A program made the translations under genes and the position numbers. The notes under the pieces are model-generated. The model was not told the origin of the DNA. It did no database searches and saw nothing but the letters and a program-made list of their open reading frames with translations. A DNA stretch of 64,000 nucleotides, taken from contig NW_026938415.1 of NCBI RefSeq assembly GCF_032062105.1, positions 1 through 64,000 on the forward strand, given 5' to 3'. Below, piece by piece: positions 24,560 through 36,945 of the stretch; position 1 is the first letter of the stretch, and each line of letters starts with the position of its first letter. This stretch comes from Saccostrea cucullata. Lineage: Eukaryota.

Positions 24560-25457
24560 TTATAGGATAGCTCTAATTAAAGTTTTAAGAAGCCAAAATT
24601 ATAGTTGGCTTTTACAGTTAGAATTACCATTTTTAAAGCTGGAAAGTTGGAATACATCCGTCTTCAGATACAGAAAAGCCAACTTTGAAAAAAGTTGAAA
24701 TTACCACGACTTAAGTTGAAAAGGCCAAGATTAATGTTGGAATCAGCACATTTAAATTTTGTTAATTTTTTATGTGGCACTAATACGCTTCAGTAAAATA
24801 TGAATATAAAAATACTTCCTTAGTTAATAGAATTGAAATGAACGAAACCTTCCTTGTTAATTTCCTAATTACCTCGCCCACTGACGTCAATTTTTACTAT
24901 TAAAAATATTGAAACAAATTTAATGAGTGTTTATTTCTGTTATTAATAATCAGCATTAATTAAATGAACATCAAAAGTTTTTTTTATATCATTATCAAAT
25001 TCATTTGAAAAGTTTTAATGAAAGACGTAACTAAGACCTCGGATAGTTGGAAGCGCACTCACGTGTTTCACTTTACCTTCGCCATGTTGAATGTCAGACT
25101 GCAAGCGGATGACAAAATGACAAATGCATTTGGGATATTTGTTGTTTAAAGAAACAGGTGACAAGGGGTGAGTATAAGGGATGTGTATATGATGTGTGCA
25201 TTAGACGATAAGATCAGAATGTGTAACTCAGAAATTTACATTTCATCGTGATTAAGAAATCAGCAAACTATACCAAAGTGTTGACAAAGAGAAAACATAT
25301 GTCCCTATAATGCCTACACTAATCTTGGATGCAATCGAATCTTTTTGAGTCTTTACGACAAGCGGAAAAAGCTGACCCCCTTATAATTAACTATGAAATA
25401 AATATTTTATTTGTAGAGTCTCGAGCTAAACTTCTGTGAATGTAAAGATTTTGCCTA

Positions 25458-25975
25458 AATAAGAGGCGCGTGAGCCTTCACACTAACCTGAGTCACTTTG
25501 GCCCTTGTATTAATGTTAATTACTTTTCAGCGTGCATCATATTTTCTTTAGCAATATTTTGATCTTTCTTATTGAGGCCCCACCCTGTTAACAGAGGTCA
25601 TTATATGAACAAAAAATGTTTCCACATGAGCAGAGGATGCTACCACATTAAAAAAATTAATCATAAATTTGCTGTTATTTAGTAAAGAATTTTTAAGATT
25701 TTCCTCTATGTAATCCCTATTTAGTAAAGAATTTTTAAGATTTTCCTCTATGTAATCCCTATTGTGGCCCAATTACCCAACCCAACCCAGGAATCAGGAT
25801 CTGAACAATTTGCAATCTTTACTAGTGTTCCAGGAAGCGTTCAATCTTTTCTGGCCTAAGTTAGTGGTTCGTGAGAAGAAGATTTTTTCCCTATATTTCA
25901 ATCAAAACTTTGATTCCCTATTGTGGCCCGCCCTTACCCAGTAAGGCAAAATTTGAACAATTTAGATTCTACTTT
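25458..25975 (-). mobile_element. Degenerate HINE fragment with 166-bp-family satellite units
   Basis: The reverse complement resembles the HINE 3' end (aagaggc..gagcc..cacctgag) and the core units seen at 61.3-62.7 kb. It contains an exact 42-bp tandem duplication at ~25676-25759. Confidence 0.55.
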
Positions 25976-27668
25976 TAGATCTTTTTTTTCAAAATACAGA
26001 GGATTCGTCAGATAAAGCTTTTCTTTTAAAAATAACTCTTATGTTACTATCCTAACAGCTTCATGCATTTTAAAAGAAATTATAATGTACATGCATGAAC
26101 AACTTTTGAACTCTACTGTAGTGCGTTGTTTTTTGAAAATTACTGCTGCTGCAGGCTGGACGTGGTTTCGTTTTTCTTTTCAGAGAAAAGCTTCCAAACT
26201 GCTTACGTGTAGGAATAAACAGTGACGAAAAACAGGAATAAACGAGGGAACACTAACGACGATAAGATAATAGGTAAGACTGTAAGACAAAGCACCGATT
26301 TGCATTTAAAGCGGAGAAATTTCTACTTCAAATTAAATGAAAAACGCGAATTTATATTATTCACAATTTTGATTTAGTTTGTTAATTAAAAAAAATTATC
26401 GAATTTTTATTTTATGCCATGATGTACTAGTAACGAAAACGGTAAAGAAAACAAATTCTGTGATCAGTATCAAATCAACAAACAGTACAAATATACCCTT
26501 ACATTCCCAGCGTTGTGACCAGTGTGCCTCTGGAGGAGGAGTGTGTATCCCAGGTCGATCGGTAACACCTTTTAATATTGATCAGGTAGACGGAATATCC
26601 CGTGGTCAAATCTAGTAAATGTATTTTAAAAAATATACAACAACAACAAAGGCCTAGCAATTGGTAGGAAAACACCCGTTGACCCCAATGATAGGTCATG
26701 TTTACTAACAAGGTCATTATAAAGAACATCATTGGCATATTTATATATTTTGAAAGTTATCCTAATTTTATAGAAAAGTAAAGTTCAGATTCAGTTTGTT
26801 CACAAAAATCAAAGTAGTGCTATTCTCTGTCATCCTTAGACTTTCAGTAAGGCGTGGCATTCTCATTATCACTGGATTATTGCTACACTCGTTGACATTC
26901 TCCCGATCCGATGCACATGACACCGACTTTCTAAAAGAGGGTTCATTATTGTAAAGAAACCAATCAAGAGATTGTTATCAGACTTCATCTATTGAAACAT
27001 ATTGATGAGAGCTATTCAAATGCATCAACATTTTTGACCTTGTCCTTTTTTTTTTACTTCAATATTACGGCCGATTATTAACCATAACGACTCTTCTTCT
27101 TTAGTGTTTAGCTCAATTTTTAAGAAACCATTAAATATAATTATGATTATCAAACTTCAAATACTGATACATACTCAGCTGATAAGAGATATTCAACTGC
27201 ATAAAAACACCTTGAACCTTGATCTTTCCTTTGACCTTGACCTAATTTTTTCTTACATCAGTGTTATGCTCAATTTAAAGTAACGTTTCAAGATAGTGTA
27301 TTGAAATATTATACAAACAGAGGCTATTCAACTGCATCAACATTTTTGACATCAAAGCAAACCATTCCGCAAACTTCATATGCTGATACATACTGAATAG
27401 GACCATTCAACTGCATCATTTTTGACATCAACCTTTACCTCATTTTCAAACATAAAACATTATTTTTATATTCTTTTCAAATTCTGATTTACTAAATGAA
27501 TGTTCTACCTTATGGCAACAGCCAAATTGGAAGGGGATTCCAAATGCAAATTTATATAGTGAAACTACATTTAAAAATAATCTGATGACATATCAGAAAC
27601 GACTCCCAATAAGGAGACTCTTTATATCACTGAGTTGAGTTTTCAAAGATTTTACTTCAGATACACCC

Positions 27669-30554
27669 ATGATGAAATCCTGTAGTTTTTGTGGCGCCCA
27701 CACAACAGAATTACTGAGGTGTAGTCGCTGTAAGGCGAAATTCTACTGCTCCAGGATGTGTCAACAAAATCATTGGAAAGAGGGACACAAGATGGAGTGT
27801 AGAGAGGAGAGAGTTGAAGGTAAGACGAATACATACCTGTAAAAATGAACAGTTCTCTCAATTCAATAATATTCAGTGGTTGATGTGAATATCTGTAGAA
27901 AAGAAGAACCTTTGTGAGTGCAGTTTTTGTGGCGTCCATTCCTCAGATTTAAAGAGATGTAGCCGATGTAAGGGAAAATCCTGTTGTTCACAGGACTGTC
28001 AACAAAAGCACTGGATAGTTGGACATAACAAAGAGTGCAAGAAAAAGAGTAAAGACGGTAAGCCAACAGCTTTACAAGAAAACGATGTTTTAAAAACTAA
28101 GGACAAGCTTTTACCAAAGAATGAATGACTAGATCAAAAATTTCATAAACCTTAAAATTTCTTGAGATTATTATCATACAATTTTGAAAACAAATTGAAT
28201 TCTTTTTATTCACATTAAATCACAATTTAACCAAAGTTTAAAATTGAAATAAATCGCAAAAATTGATTTTGATCTTGGATTGTACGTTCTTCTGAAAGAC
28301 TCTACATGGAACAGTCTTACAGATTTAAATACTGTGCACATTTTATTGCGACCACTTTATTTTCAGTAGACGAGACAATTGAACAACGATTTTTCCCAAC
28401 ATAATGTTACAACTTTTATTTTGATAGAGTTAACTTCACCAGTGTTGACATGCACTTCTTGCAAGAAACCGTCACAGCAGGTAAAGAGATGTAAAGGATG
28501 TCTACAGGTGTCCTACTGCTCCAGAGAGTGTCAAGTTCAGGACTGGGCCCAGAAACACAAGGATGAATGTGTGAAGATACATGCACAATCAAATAAGGGC
28601 GATGGTTTACAAGAAGTGAAAAAAGGTGACTAGACATATGCTGTCTTCATAAAAAGACATCCATTGATGAAGCTACCAAATTTGAATCGCTTTATGTTTG
28701 TTTCAAGATCTTTAATATGCATTATATTATACGTTTTATTTTGATAGAGTCGACTTCACCAGTGTTGATATGCACATCCTGCAAGAAATCGTCAGAACAG
28801 TTAAAGAGATGTACAGGATGTCTGCAGGTGTCCTACTGCTCCAGAGAGTGTCAAGTTCAGGACTGGAACCAGAAACACAAGGATGAGTGTGTGAAGATAC
28901 ATGTACAGTACAAGGAGGATTTACAAGAAGTGGAAAAAGAGGACCAGAAAGATGATGTGTTCAGCAAGGAGAAGAGCGATAATGGTCATAAATCACTCAA
29001 TATGTGTACTGTATGTGGCAAAAAGGGTACAATGAAAGTATGCCAAAGGTGTAAAATCCAAAAGTACTGCTCTCCGGAATGTCAAAAGGCAGACTGGCAA
29101 ACACATAAATCACACTGCTCACAAGAGGAAAAATCAACAAGTAGGAATGAAAAGGTTTCCGATGTTCCATCGCCAATATGTGCAAACTGTAGAAGTCAAA
29201 GCGCCAGACTGAGGTGTTCTGGCTGTAGGGTTGTTTACTACTGTTCGAAAGATTGCCAGATGACAGATTGGAATAAACACAAAACGTCGTGTAAAGCATA
29301 CAAGTCTCAGCCTAAAGTAAGGGAGACGCTCACTATTGGAGAGTGCTCAATGATGGGTCTTGTCACACCAGAAGAACACGGAGGCAGAAACCAAAATGAC
29401 GGGAAATTACAGTTAATAGGAGAAAAAAGCGATTTCACAAATTTTTCCTGCAATCGATGTTTACAAAAAATTGCCCCTGGGAATTTCAATGTCACCTGTA
29501 ACGAGTACAAAACCGCAATATACTGTTCAAATCCTTGTATGGAACTGGATAAATCTGAACACAGGAAAACATGTGCAACATCCTATATTCCAGGTTCAGG
29601 TAATACAATGTCGTCATGCGTTAAAAATGACGCGAACGGTCAATCTATAAGACTGGACATTTCTCCTTCCCACGCCCATTTACCCTACACAAGAAATCCG
29701 TTATTTGTTGAAGAAAATGTGGATTTGAATTGGATCGTGGAAAGAACCGCGCAATCATGCAGTGAGGCGATAGAGAAAACTAAAAGAAAGTTTCCTTATT
29801 ACACTATGATTACCCGTCTCAGAGAAATTCCAATAGAGGAGAGGTCAATGCTTACTTCCAACATATGTACACTTCCGTATGTGTTTCTCGCATACATAAG
29901 AAGATTCCATAAATACAGGGGCTGTCACAATGTATACTTGCAGGTAAAATATTTATTTTAGAAAAATTAAATATTTAATCCCTGCATCACATACAGTCTG
30001 TAAGGATATTATTGGCAAGTATGAAGGATCCAACCTTTTAGCTCAGAATAGATATTTCCCGATCACGACATGGATTACACGACGGGTGTGACCGGTCGAC
30101 ATAGGATACTCACTCCTCCATGGCACCTGATCCCACCTCTGATGTGTCGGAGGTCCGTGTTTGCTCTGTTCCTGTTTTGCATTGCTTTATGAACTTTGAT
30201 ATTGAATACTGTTTGCTATCTCCATATCCTTCATGAAAGTGTAAAATGGATTGCTTATTAAAAAAGGCTTTTGCTTTGATAAAGTTCTCAGTAATCGTCT
30301 CCTTTGTGGTTAACCTTATAATGTTTAATTCTGGTAGTGTTTTAATTTCTTTTCAGGATTCTGAAAGGCGTGAGATTTATGCTTCCTTCTACCTCCCTAA
30401 CGACGATCCAACACCATACTTTGAGTGGAGTGACCTTGTTCCTGGCAAATTCGTGGCCATTTTGTTTCCTTGTATCCATTTCTTTCTAGATTCCACTGTT
30501 GGTTTGCGCGTGGATAAATCCAAGAACTTCTACTGTTTTGATGTTGAAGACTAA
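27669..30554 (+). CDS. Multi-MYND zinc-finger protein, ~633 aa; predicted join(27669..27819,27899..28057,28428..28625,28748..29943,30357..30554)
   Basis: Seven CxxC..CxxC..YCS.xCQ..xW..HK..C motifs (one per short exon, four in the long exon, the last degenerate). All introns are GT-AG with compatible phases (1,1,1,0), and the total of 1902 nt is divisible by 3. A likely 5'UTR exon at 26184-26273 has in-frame stops. Confidence 0.8.
28748..29943 (+). CDS. Long exon of the MYND gene (4 MYND fingers + start of the C-terminal domain)
   Basis: ORF 28717-29961; acceptor ttttgatag at 28747, donor cag|gtaaaa at 29943/29944. Confidence 0.88.
30053..30233 (+). mobile_element. Naiad-like Penelope 3'-end fragment inside the last MYND intron
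   Basis: Conserved gggtgtgaccggtcgac...ctcctccatggcacctgatcccacctctgatg...ggaggtccgtgtttgctc block. Confidence 0.75.
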
Positions 30555-30571
30555 ATGTGAATTAATGCGGG

Positions 30572-30750
30572 TTATGCTTCCTTACACCTTGCAAATGACG
30601 ATTCGAAGTTTGAACATTATACTTTGAGCGGAGTTACGTTGTTCCTGAAGTTGTTCTTGCCATTTTGTTCATGCGCCTATTTCCTTGGTGATTTTTTTAA
30701 TGACCTGTGTTTTATGAAATATTTTTTTTTACTGTTTTTATGTTCAAGAT
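30572..30750 (+). pseudogene. Degenerate tandem duplicate of the MYND gene terminal exon
   Basis: ttatgcttcctt...atactttgagcggagt...ttgttcctg...gccattttgtt...tactgtttttatgttcaaga aligns by eye with 30378-30550, with indels. Confidence 0.7.
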
Positions 30751-33159
30751 CAGATTTTCTGACTGCATATGTGCAATTATAAATCTTTGGGAAAGTACAT
30801 CAGCATTGTTCTCTTTTAATCTCATTTAGCTATTCTAATCGAAAAGTGGCCGGGGTCCGTCTGTTATATGACTGATAATGATGAAAGTGTTTTGACTATT
30901 TCAATTTTTTAAAGATTTGGGGACATGAAGGAGGTACAGTGGGCCACGGCAGAGGCTGTAGAGGAACAATTAGTTGCGTGTCCCAAGATTTACATCTCTT
31001 ACAGGAAACTGTGACATTTCATTGGACAAGTAATTGCCCATCCAGGTGGAAGTATTCAGCAGTTCCTGTATTTTTAGCTATAAATATCAAATGATGTCTT
31101 TTTCACGTTTCTTCAGTTTTGTTTTTGATCTGTCTCTCTATGGCCTTTTATCGGTTTAAACTAGAGCTTTCATAGGTCACACGTTTTACTTAAGATACCT
31201 TATGACAAATCTTTCTTTGTGACCAATATATTCGACCTTGACTTCGGAGTTTGCAACTTTTTTACCAAACTTCAACCCTGGCCATAATTTTTTTAAAGGA
31301 CTGTGCAAGGGCTTTTTTAATTCACGAGTTTTTCGACGAAGGAGACAATTACTACGATACGAACATATGTGATCTGTTGACCTTAGCGTTTGAGACAGGC
31401 CATATTCTTGGAACCATTAGTGATTGGGCTTTTATATTTCACATTCTTGTGAGTTGTGACAAATCCTTAACTCGGATATCGACACTTGGGTATCCATTAC
31501 CCTGTCAATGGATTTTGACTCATCATAGTTCATATGAAAAGAACTTTCCTTGGGTACCAACATTTGATCTTGGAGTTTGACCTCCTTTTTGAAAAGTGTT
31601 TATCTTTTCCTTAACTTTGACATTGGTCATAACTTCTGAATTTTTGGTGCTAAGGCTTTTCTATTTCACATGTGTTTTCCTTGCAATACTAATAAGTCAT
31701 TTCTTGGATACCAAAGCTTGTGACCATGTACAATGTACATGCGCATGTATTAATTGTGACGAAACCTTTCATTTGGTCCGAACATTTTGACCGCTTGCCT
31801 TTCGCCCTGGATTTTGCATTTTAGAATTTGGGGCATTTCGGAGATTATTTGCAAAATGTTGTAATTTATATGTAGTGATGCAGCAAAAGGAATCACCGTA
31901 ATTATTGATAAACCACCACCACCAATGTCCTCTACTCTTTAATTTTCTGTGTGAAATAGGGTATGGTGCTCTCGGTATATTCTCCACAAGTTTTTATTTT
32001 GCAAAATGACTTGTGAAAAAGTTTACGTTCAATGCAAAAAATGTATGTATTATTTGTCTGTTTGTTTAACGTCCCATTCGAGAGAATGTCTTATTCATAC
32101 TAAGACGCAATTATTTGCCGGCCGAGGGTTGTTAAAATATCAATTAAGTATTAAGTGCATAAGTTATCCTGACCTACCACTGAAAAGGGAGTGGGGTATG
32201 ATTGAAAAAAAAATTAATCCACTAATTAAGGATGTTTGCATATATTTTTACTGTGAATTTTCATAAAAAATGAATTTTCCTTGTAGCCCAACCCAATCCC
32301 TTAGGATAATAATTTAAACAAACTTAAAGTTACACTATTAGAGTATGCTTCCATTTAAATATGACCCGTCATAGCTTTCATCTTCTTTAGTAGAAAATTT
32401 CGAAGATATGCTCATATGTAAAAAAAAAAAAAATAATGATCGTCCATTGTGGCCCCACAAGATTTGAACATACTTGGATCTACACTTGGAAACTTTCACA
32501 TAAATAAATCAAATCATCAATGAATATATTTATTTTCTGTTCCTGAGCGGAAGATTTTCATTATTCACATTCACATTTTTCCGTTTATTTAATTATTCAA
32601 ATATAAATGTATGCCAAATTTTGCAAGTATTTTAAAAAAGTATGTGTTATTGAAGTTTCTCAAGCTTTTACCCGACGTCGATAAATAAAATAAAATTTAC
32701 ACGTACAATATATATACACATAAACATATTAGAAGCTGCACACACTATGCAATTCATGTTTACACACAAAGAATTTCCAGAAAGTTTGTAAGTAGTACGT
32801 CTTTCAAATATATTTGCGCTTACTCCTCCTTAAAACTTGGTCTCTGCATGAGGCAATTAAACTTAGAATGGCTGACTTTTGATTTGAGCCTCAGTTTTCC
32901 ACATTTACTTCCTTGCGTTTAAGTGAGACTGAGACCAAAGATGAGCTTGTTTAAGTTTAATTAATCCAAAGTGTGATCCACCTCTGACGGTTTTGCTCTG
33001 TTTTCTATCGTATTCTTTACTAGATTTATTAGATTGACCACTGTTCATTATTATAAAATACGAAATTAACCGAAGCAACAAAAATAGCTTCCACATCAGA
33101 AAATAACATTATTCCTTTCGATCACTTTCTTGAAAGTATTCTTGTGTTTTTCTGTTCAG

Positions 33160-33194
33160 GATTCTGAGAGGCGGGAGATTTATGCTTCTTTCTA
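33160..33194 (+). pseudogene. Second duplicate of the MYND terminal exon (acceptor + DSERREIYASFY), disrupted by the mariner-derived element; resumes briefly at 41530
   Basis: ttcag|gattctgagaggcgggagatttatgcttctttcta matches 30352-30392, and cctccaaaacgat follows the element. Confidence 0.75.
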
Positions 33195-35849
33195 CGAGGG
33201 GTGATCAAAAAGTTCGCAAACTATCTCTATATCTACAAAACCACAATTCAGATTAGAATGAAATTCGGTACTCAGATAGCCATACATAAGGTCTATAAAA
33301 AGCATATTCTGTATAAAGTTTTTCTCCTTGTTTGTGACGTCACAATGTGAAAATGACGTCACTATTTAGGTCACTTGTGACGAAAAATGGTTGTCTCAGT
33401 CGAACTCGTTCAACAAACGACTGTACAATTTATTGTAATATCTTAGAAATCCCTCTGCAGTATCATATAATAATTTGTACACAGTTTATAGAGATAAATG
33501 AGTTCCTATAAATACAATTAATGATTGGATAAATCGTTTTAGTGAAGGAAGGCTGATGGTTAAAAATGATACTTGTCATCTTGCGCAGTGAAAGCAAGTT
33601 TGAAAAGATATGTATTTTTAATTAAGCAATTTGCTATCAAAGACCTCCAATTAGCACTTTGAAAAAATAGTTGAATATATGAACAATGATATAAGTATTA
33701 AATATCTAAGATATCGTTTACTTTAGATTTTAAACATATTACACTTTATAAAAAGGATGCACCCCTTCTCTATCCACCTTGAATAAAGGTCTCTCCTGAG
33801 ACAGAAGATTTGTGTTTTAATGGTCGCCATGCTTATTTTTGGAAAGGATGTTATTATCCACCCATTCTGTTGCCGAGATATGACCATTTCTGACAAATGA
33901 ACTGTTGTTGTCATAAAATTAACTCACATGGAAAGAAATATAAAACTCGGAAAAATCTTTCAACTTTTGTGACAGAACACTATGGAGGGGGTCACGTGAC
34001 CGCCAATATCACGTGATTCGCGCATGCGCAGAACGGTGGTTGATTTGCATTAAAATCGGGGAGGATCAATTTAAAATGTAATCAACATTAAAACCAAATA
34101 ACAACAATTTTTAGAATAATAATTGTATTTATGTATTGAATGCGATAACTTAGTTGGAGGTTTCCGGTAGGTTTAATTTTGGTAGATTGTGAAAATTCTT
34201 AGATCCACGCCTTGGTTGATGGATTACATATAATAGGTGTAAGGTCACGTGGTCAGCTCAGCGAGTCATTCAGTTGTATTGTGATAACCCGCATGCTGAC
34301 CACGCTAACATCAGGCACGTCTATTTTGAAGATTTGTTACAACGTCTGTGATTGTTAAACTTAGCTGAACGTGCCTTGGCTTTCTGTCGAGATGAAATTC
34401 CAAAAGAATTGAAAGGAACAAAGTATTTTTCATGTTGTAAAGTGCCGTTTACAAGTGCGTGTAGATTTTCTGGTTTACTGTTTACTGATGCGGTGACCAG
34501 TGCATGTGCGCGGGTTATCAAAGATATTACCTGATTACTATATGATACACTTGGTGTGTACATATATTTATGTTATTCTGCCGATATGAACTTTAATTAT
34601 GAACAGATATTCACGAGAAGAACATATTACATGGAGCGATTTTATTGAGATATCAAAAGTGGAACTTTTTCCTACAGTCTGAGTTTTGAAAGGATTTCAG
34701 AGTAAGCTATTTGTTACTGATTGAACGAAACAAACGGATACCTTTAATGATTACTATCTCTATATCGATCAGCATGATCAGTGGACACAGAGTTCGATCA
34801 GCAAAAAGTTGTGATAGATAACGAACATCCTGCAAGAATCTGCTGCAAGCATCGCTATTTCACAGCTGGGGCCACAGCGGGAGACCCCGAACCTCAACGA
34901 CTTGGGCGTTTTAGGTCCAGCCGGCGTACACCTGTGCTGCTTCACCGCGTGAATAAGAGAGTTTGCCTTCCCATGCAAATTGAGGACGAAGGCCAGTATC
35001 ATGTTTACATAAAGCGCTTGCGGTTTCCAAGTATAGTTTTTGTGTATAAGTTATCACTTTCAATTATTTGCAATCAAAGGCATTGTAAACATACTAAATA
35101 CTCAAATTGTATACTCTATGGTGTAAGCTTTTAAGTTAGCAATTTTATGCAAAAGTTATTCAATTTTGTTGAACTGCAAGGAGAATTACCTATCATAGTT
35201 TGCATACTAACTTCATGTTTTTGCATTAATTTTAACATGATGTGTAACAGCTAGGCAGCAATGTTAATGCACTGCCCTTTCCTTAACAGGCATCTATTAG
35301 GTAATGTCTTCTATCTTGTAAGGTTAGTTGAGAAATCTGTATTGTAATCATGTTAATACATGTCTCAATATCTCATTTTCACTCTTTGGAGTTTAAGGGT
35401 TGTGAACCGAGCTTATACATAGTTCACATAGTTACAGATACTTTGGTATTTCTTGAATTGCCCATTATTGTTTGATCAGTTTTGGTACAAAGTTTATTGT
35501 AACGATTAATGTTTTCTATATTGATAAATATTGAATGGATATTGTACAAAGTCTAGGTAGTCAATGTATATGTACTAAGTTGGTTGGTGTAGACAATATT
35601 AACATGATTACTCAATATGTTTATCGTTTCGATACAAGGTGGATATTTTATGCTCTTATTGGGTTGGTGTTGTTAATGGTTTAAACTGTTGATACAAAAT
35701 TGATACTTACAAATTGAATCGGTGTTACTTAAGTTGCTGATTATTTAGTACTGTACATTGTACAAAGTTGATAATTATGTACTAATTGGATCAGTATTAC
35801 TCAATCAAGTTTATTCTTTTGATAAAAAGTTGATATGTAGCTATTGGGT

Positions 35850-36945
35850 CAAGTTATTCAAGTGTTTATTGTTTTGGTACAAGGTTGTACGTATTGGGTC
35901 AAAGTTACCCCTATTGTTTATTGGTTTGGTACACAGTAAATATGTACTTGTTGGGTCAGAGTTACCCACATTGTTTATTGTTTGATGCACATTAGATAGG
36001 TATCTTGGGGGTCAAAGTTACCCATATTGTTTATTGTTTTGGTACACAGTATATATTTACTTATTGGGTCAGAGTTACCTTTGTTGTTTATTGTTTGGTA
36101 CACGGTAGAGTTGTACCTTTGGGTCGGTATACCCATATTGTTTTGGTACACAGTAGATATGTACCTGTTGGTAGGTATACCCACATTGTTTTGGTACACA
36201 GTAGATATGTACCTGTGGGTCGGTATACCCACATTGTTTTGGTACACAGTAGATTTGTACCTGTGGGTCGGTATACCCATATTGTTTTGGTACACAGTAG
36301 ATATGTACCTGTGGGTCGGTATACCCACATTGTTTTGGTACACAGTAGATATGTACCTGTGGGTCGGTATACCCATATTGTTTTATTGTTGGATGCTCAT
36401 AATGACAATCAATTGGCGTCTTATGAAGCTTTTTGGTTTATTGCTGGGTCGAAGTTACCCATATTGTTTATTGTTGGGTCGGAGTTACCCATATTGGTTA
36501 TTGTTGCGTTAGAGTTAACCATACTGTTTATTGTTGGGTCGTAATTACCCATATTGTTTATTTATTGTTACACATATGGTCTATTGTTTGGTCGAAGTTG
36601 CCCAAACTGTTTATTTATTTTTGGGTCAAAGTTACCTATTTTGTTTATCGATGGGTCTGGTAAACCATATTGTTTATTGTTAGGTCAGAGTTACCCATAT
36701 TTTCAATTGTTGGGTCGAAGTTACCCATATTTTCAATTGTTGGGTCGGAGTTACTTGTTTTCTTTATTGTTGGGTCGGAGTTACCCTTTTGTTTATTGTT
36801 GGGTCAAAATTACCCATATTTTCTATTGTTGGGTCAGAGTTACCCATATTGTCTTTTATTTATTCGCTTATAATGACAATCAATATGATCGAATAGTGTC
36901 TTATGAAGCATATCTGTGGGTTGGGTCAAAGTTACCTATAGTGTT
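35850..36945. repeat. Composite minisatellite: homogeneous 48-bp units (~36097-36380) and ~30-bp units (ttgtttattgttgggtcggagttacccata)
   Basis: ggtacacagtag recurs at 36145, 36193 and 36241 (48-bp period), flanked by related 30/60-bp degenerate units. Confidence 0.9.

Noticed and set aside
25050-25173. Candidate promoter and first exon of the MYND gene (CGCCATGTT motif, donor gtgagt at 25168)
   Set aside because: Plausible but supported only by short motifs; needs transcript data.
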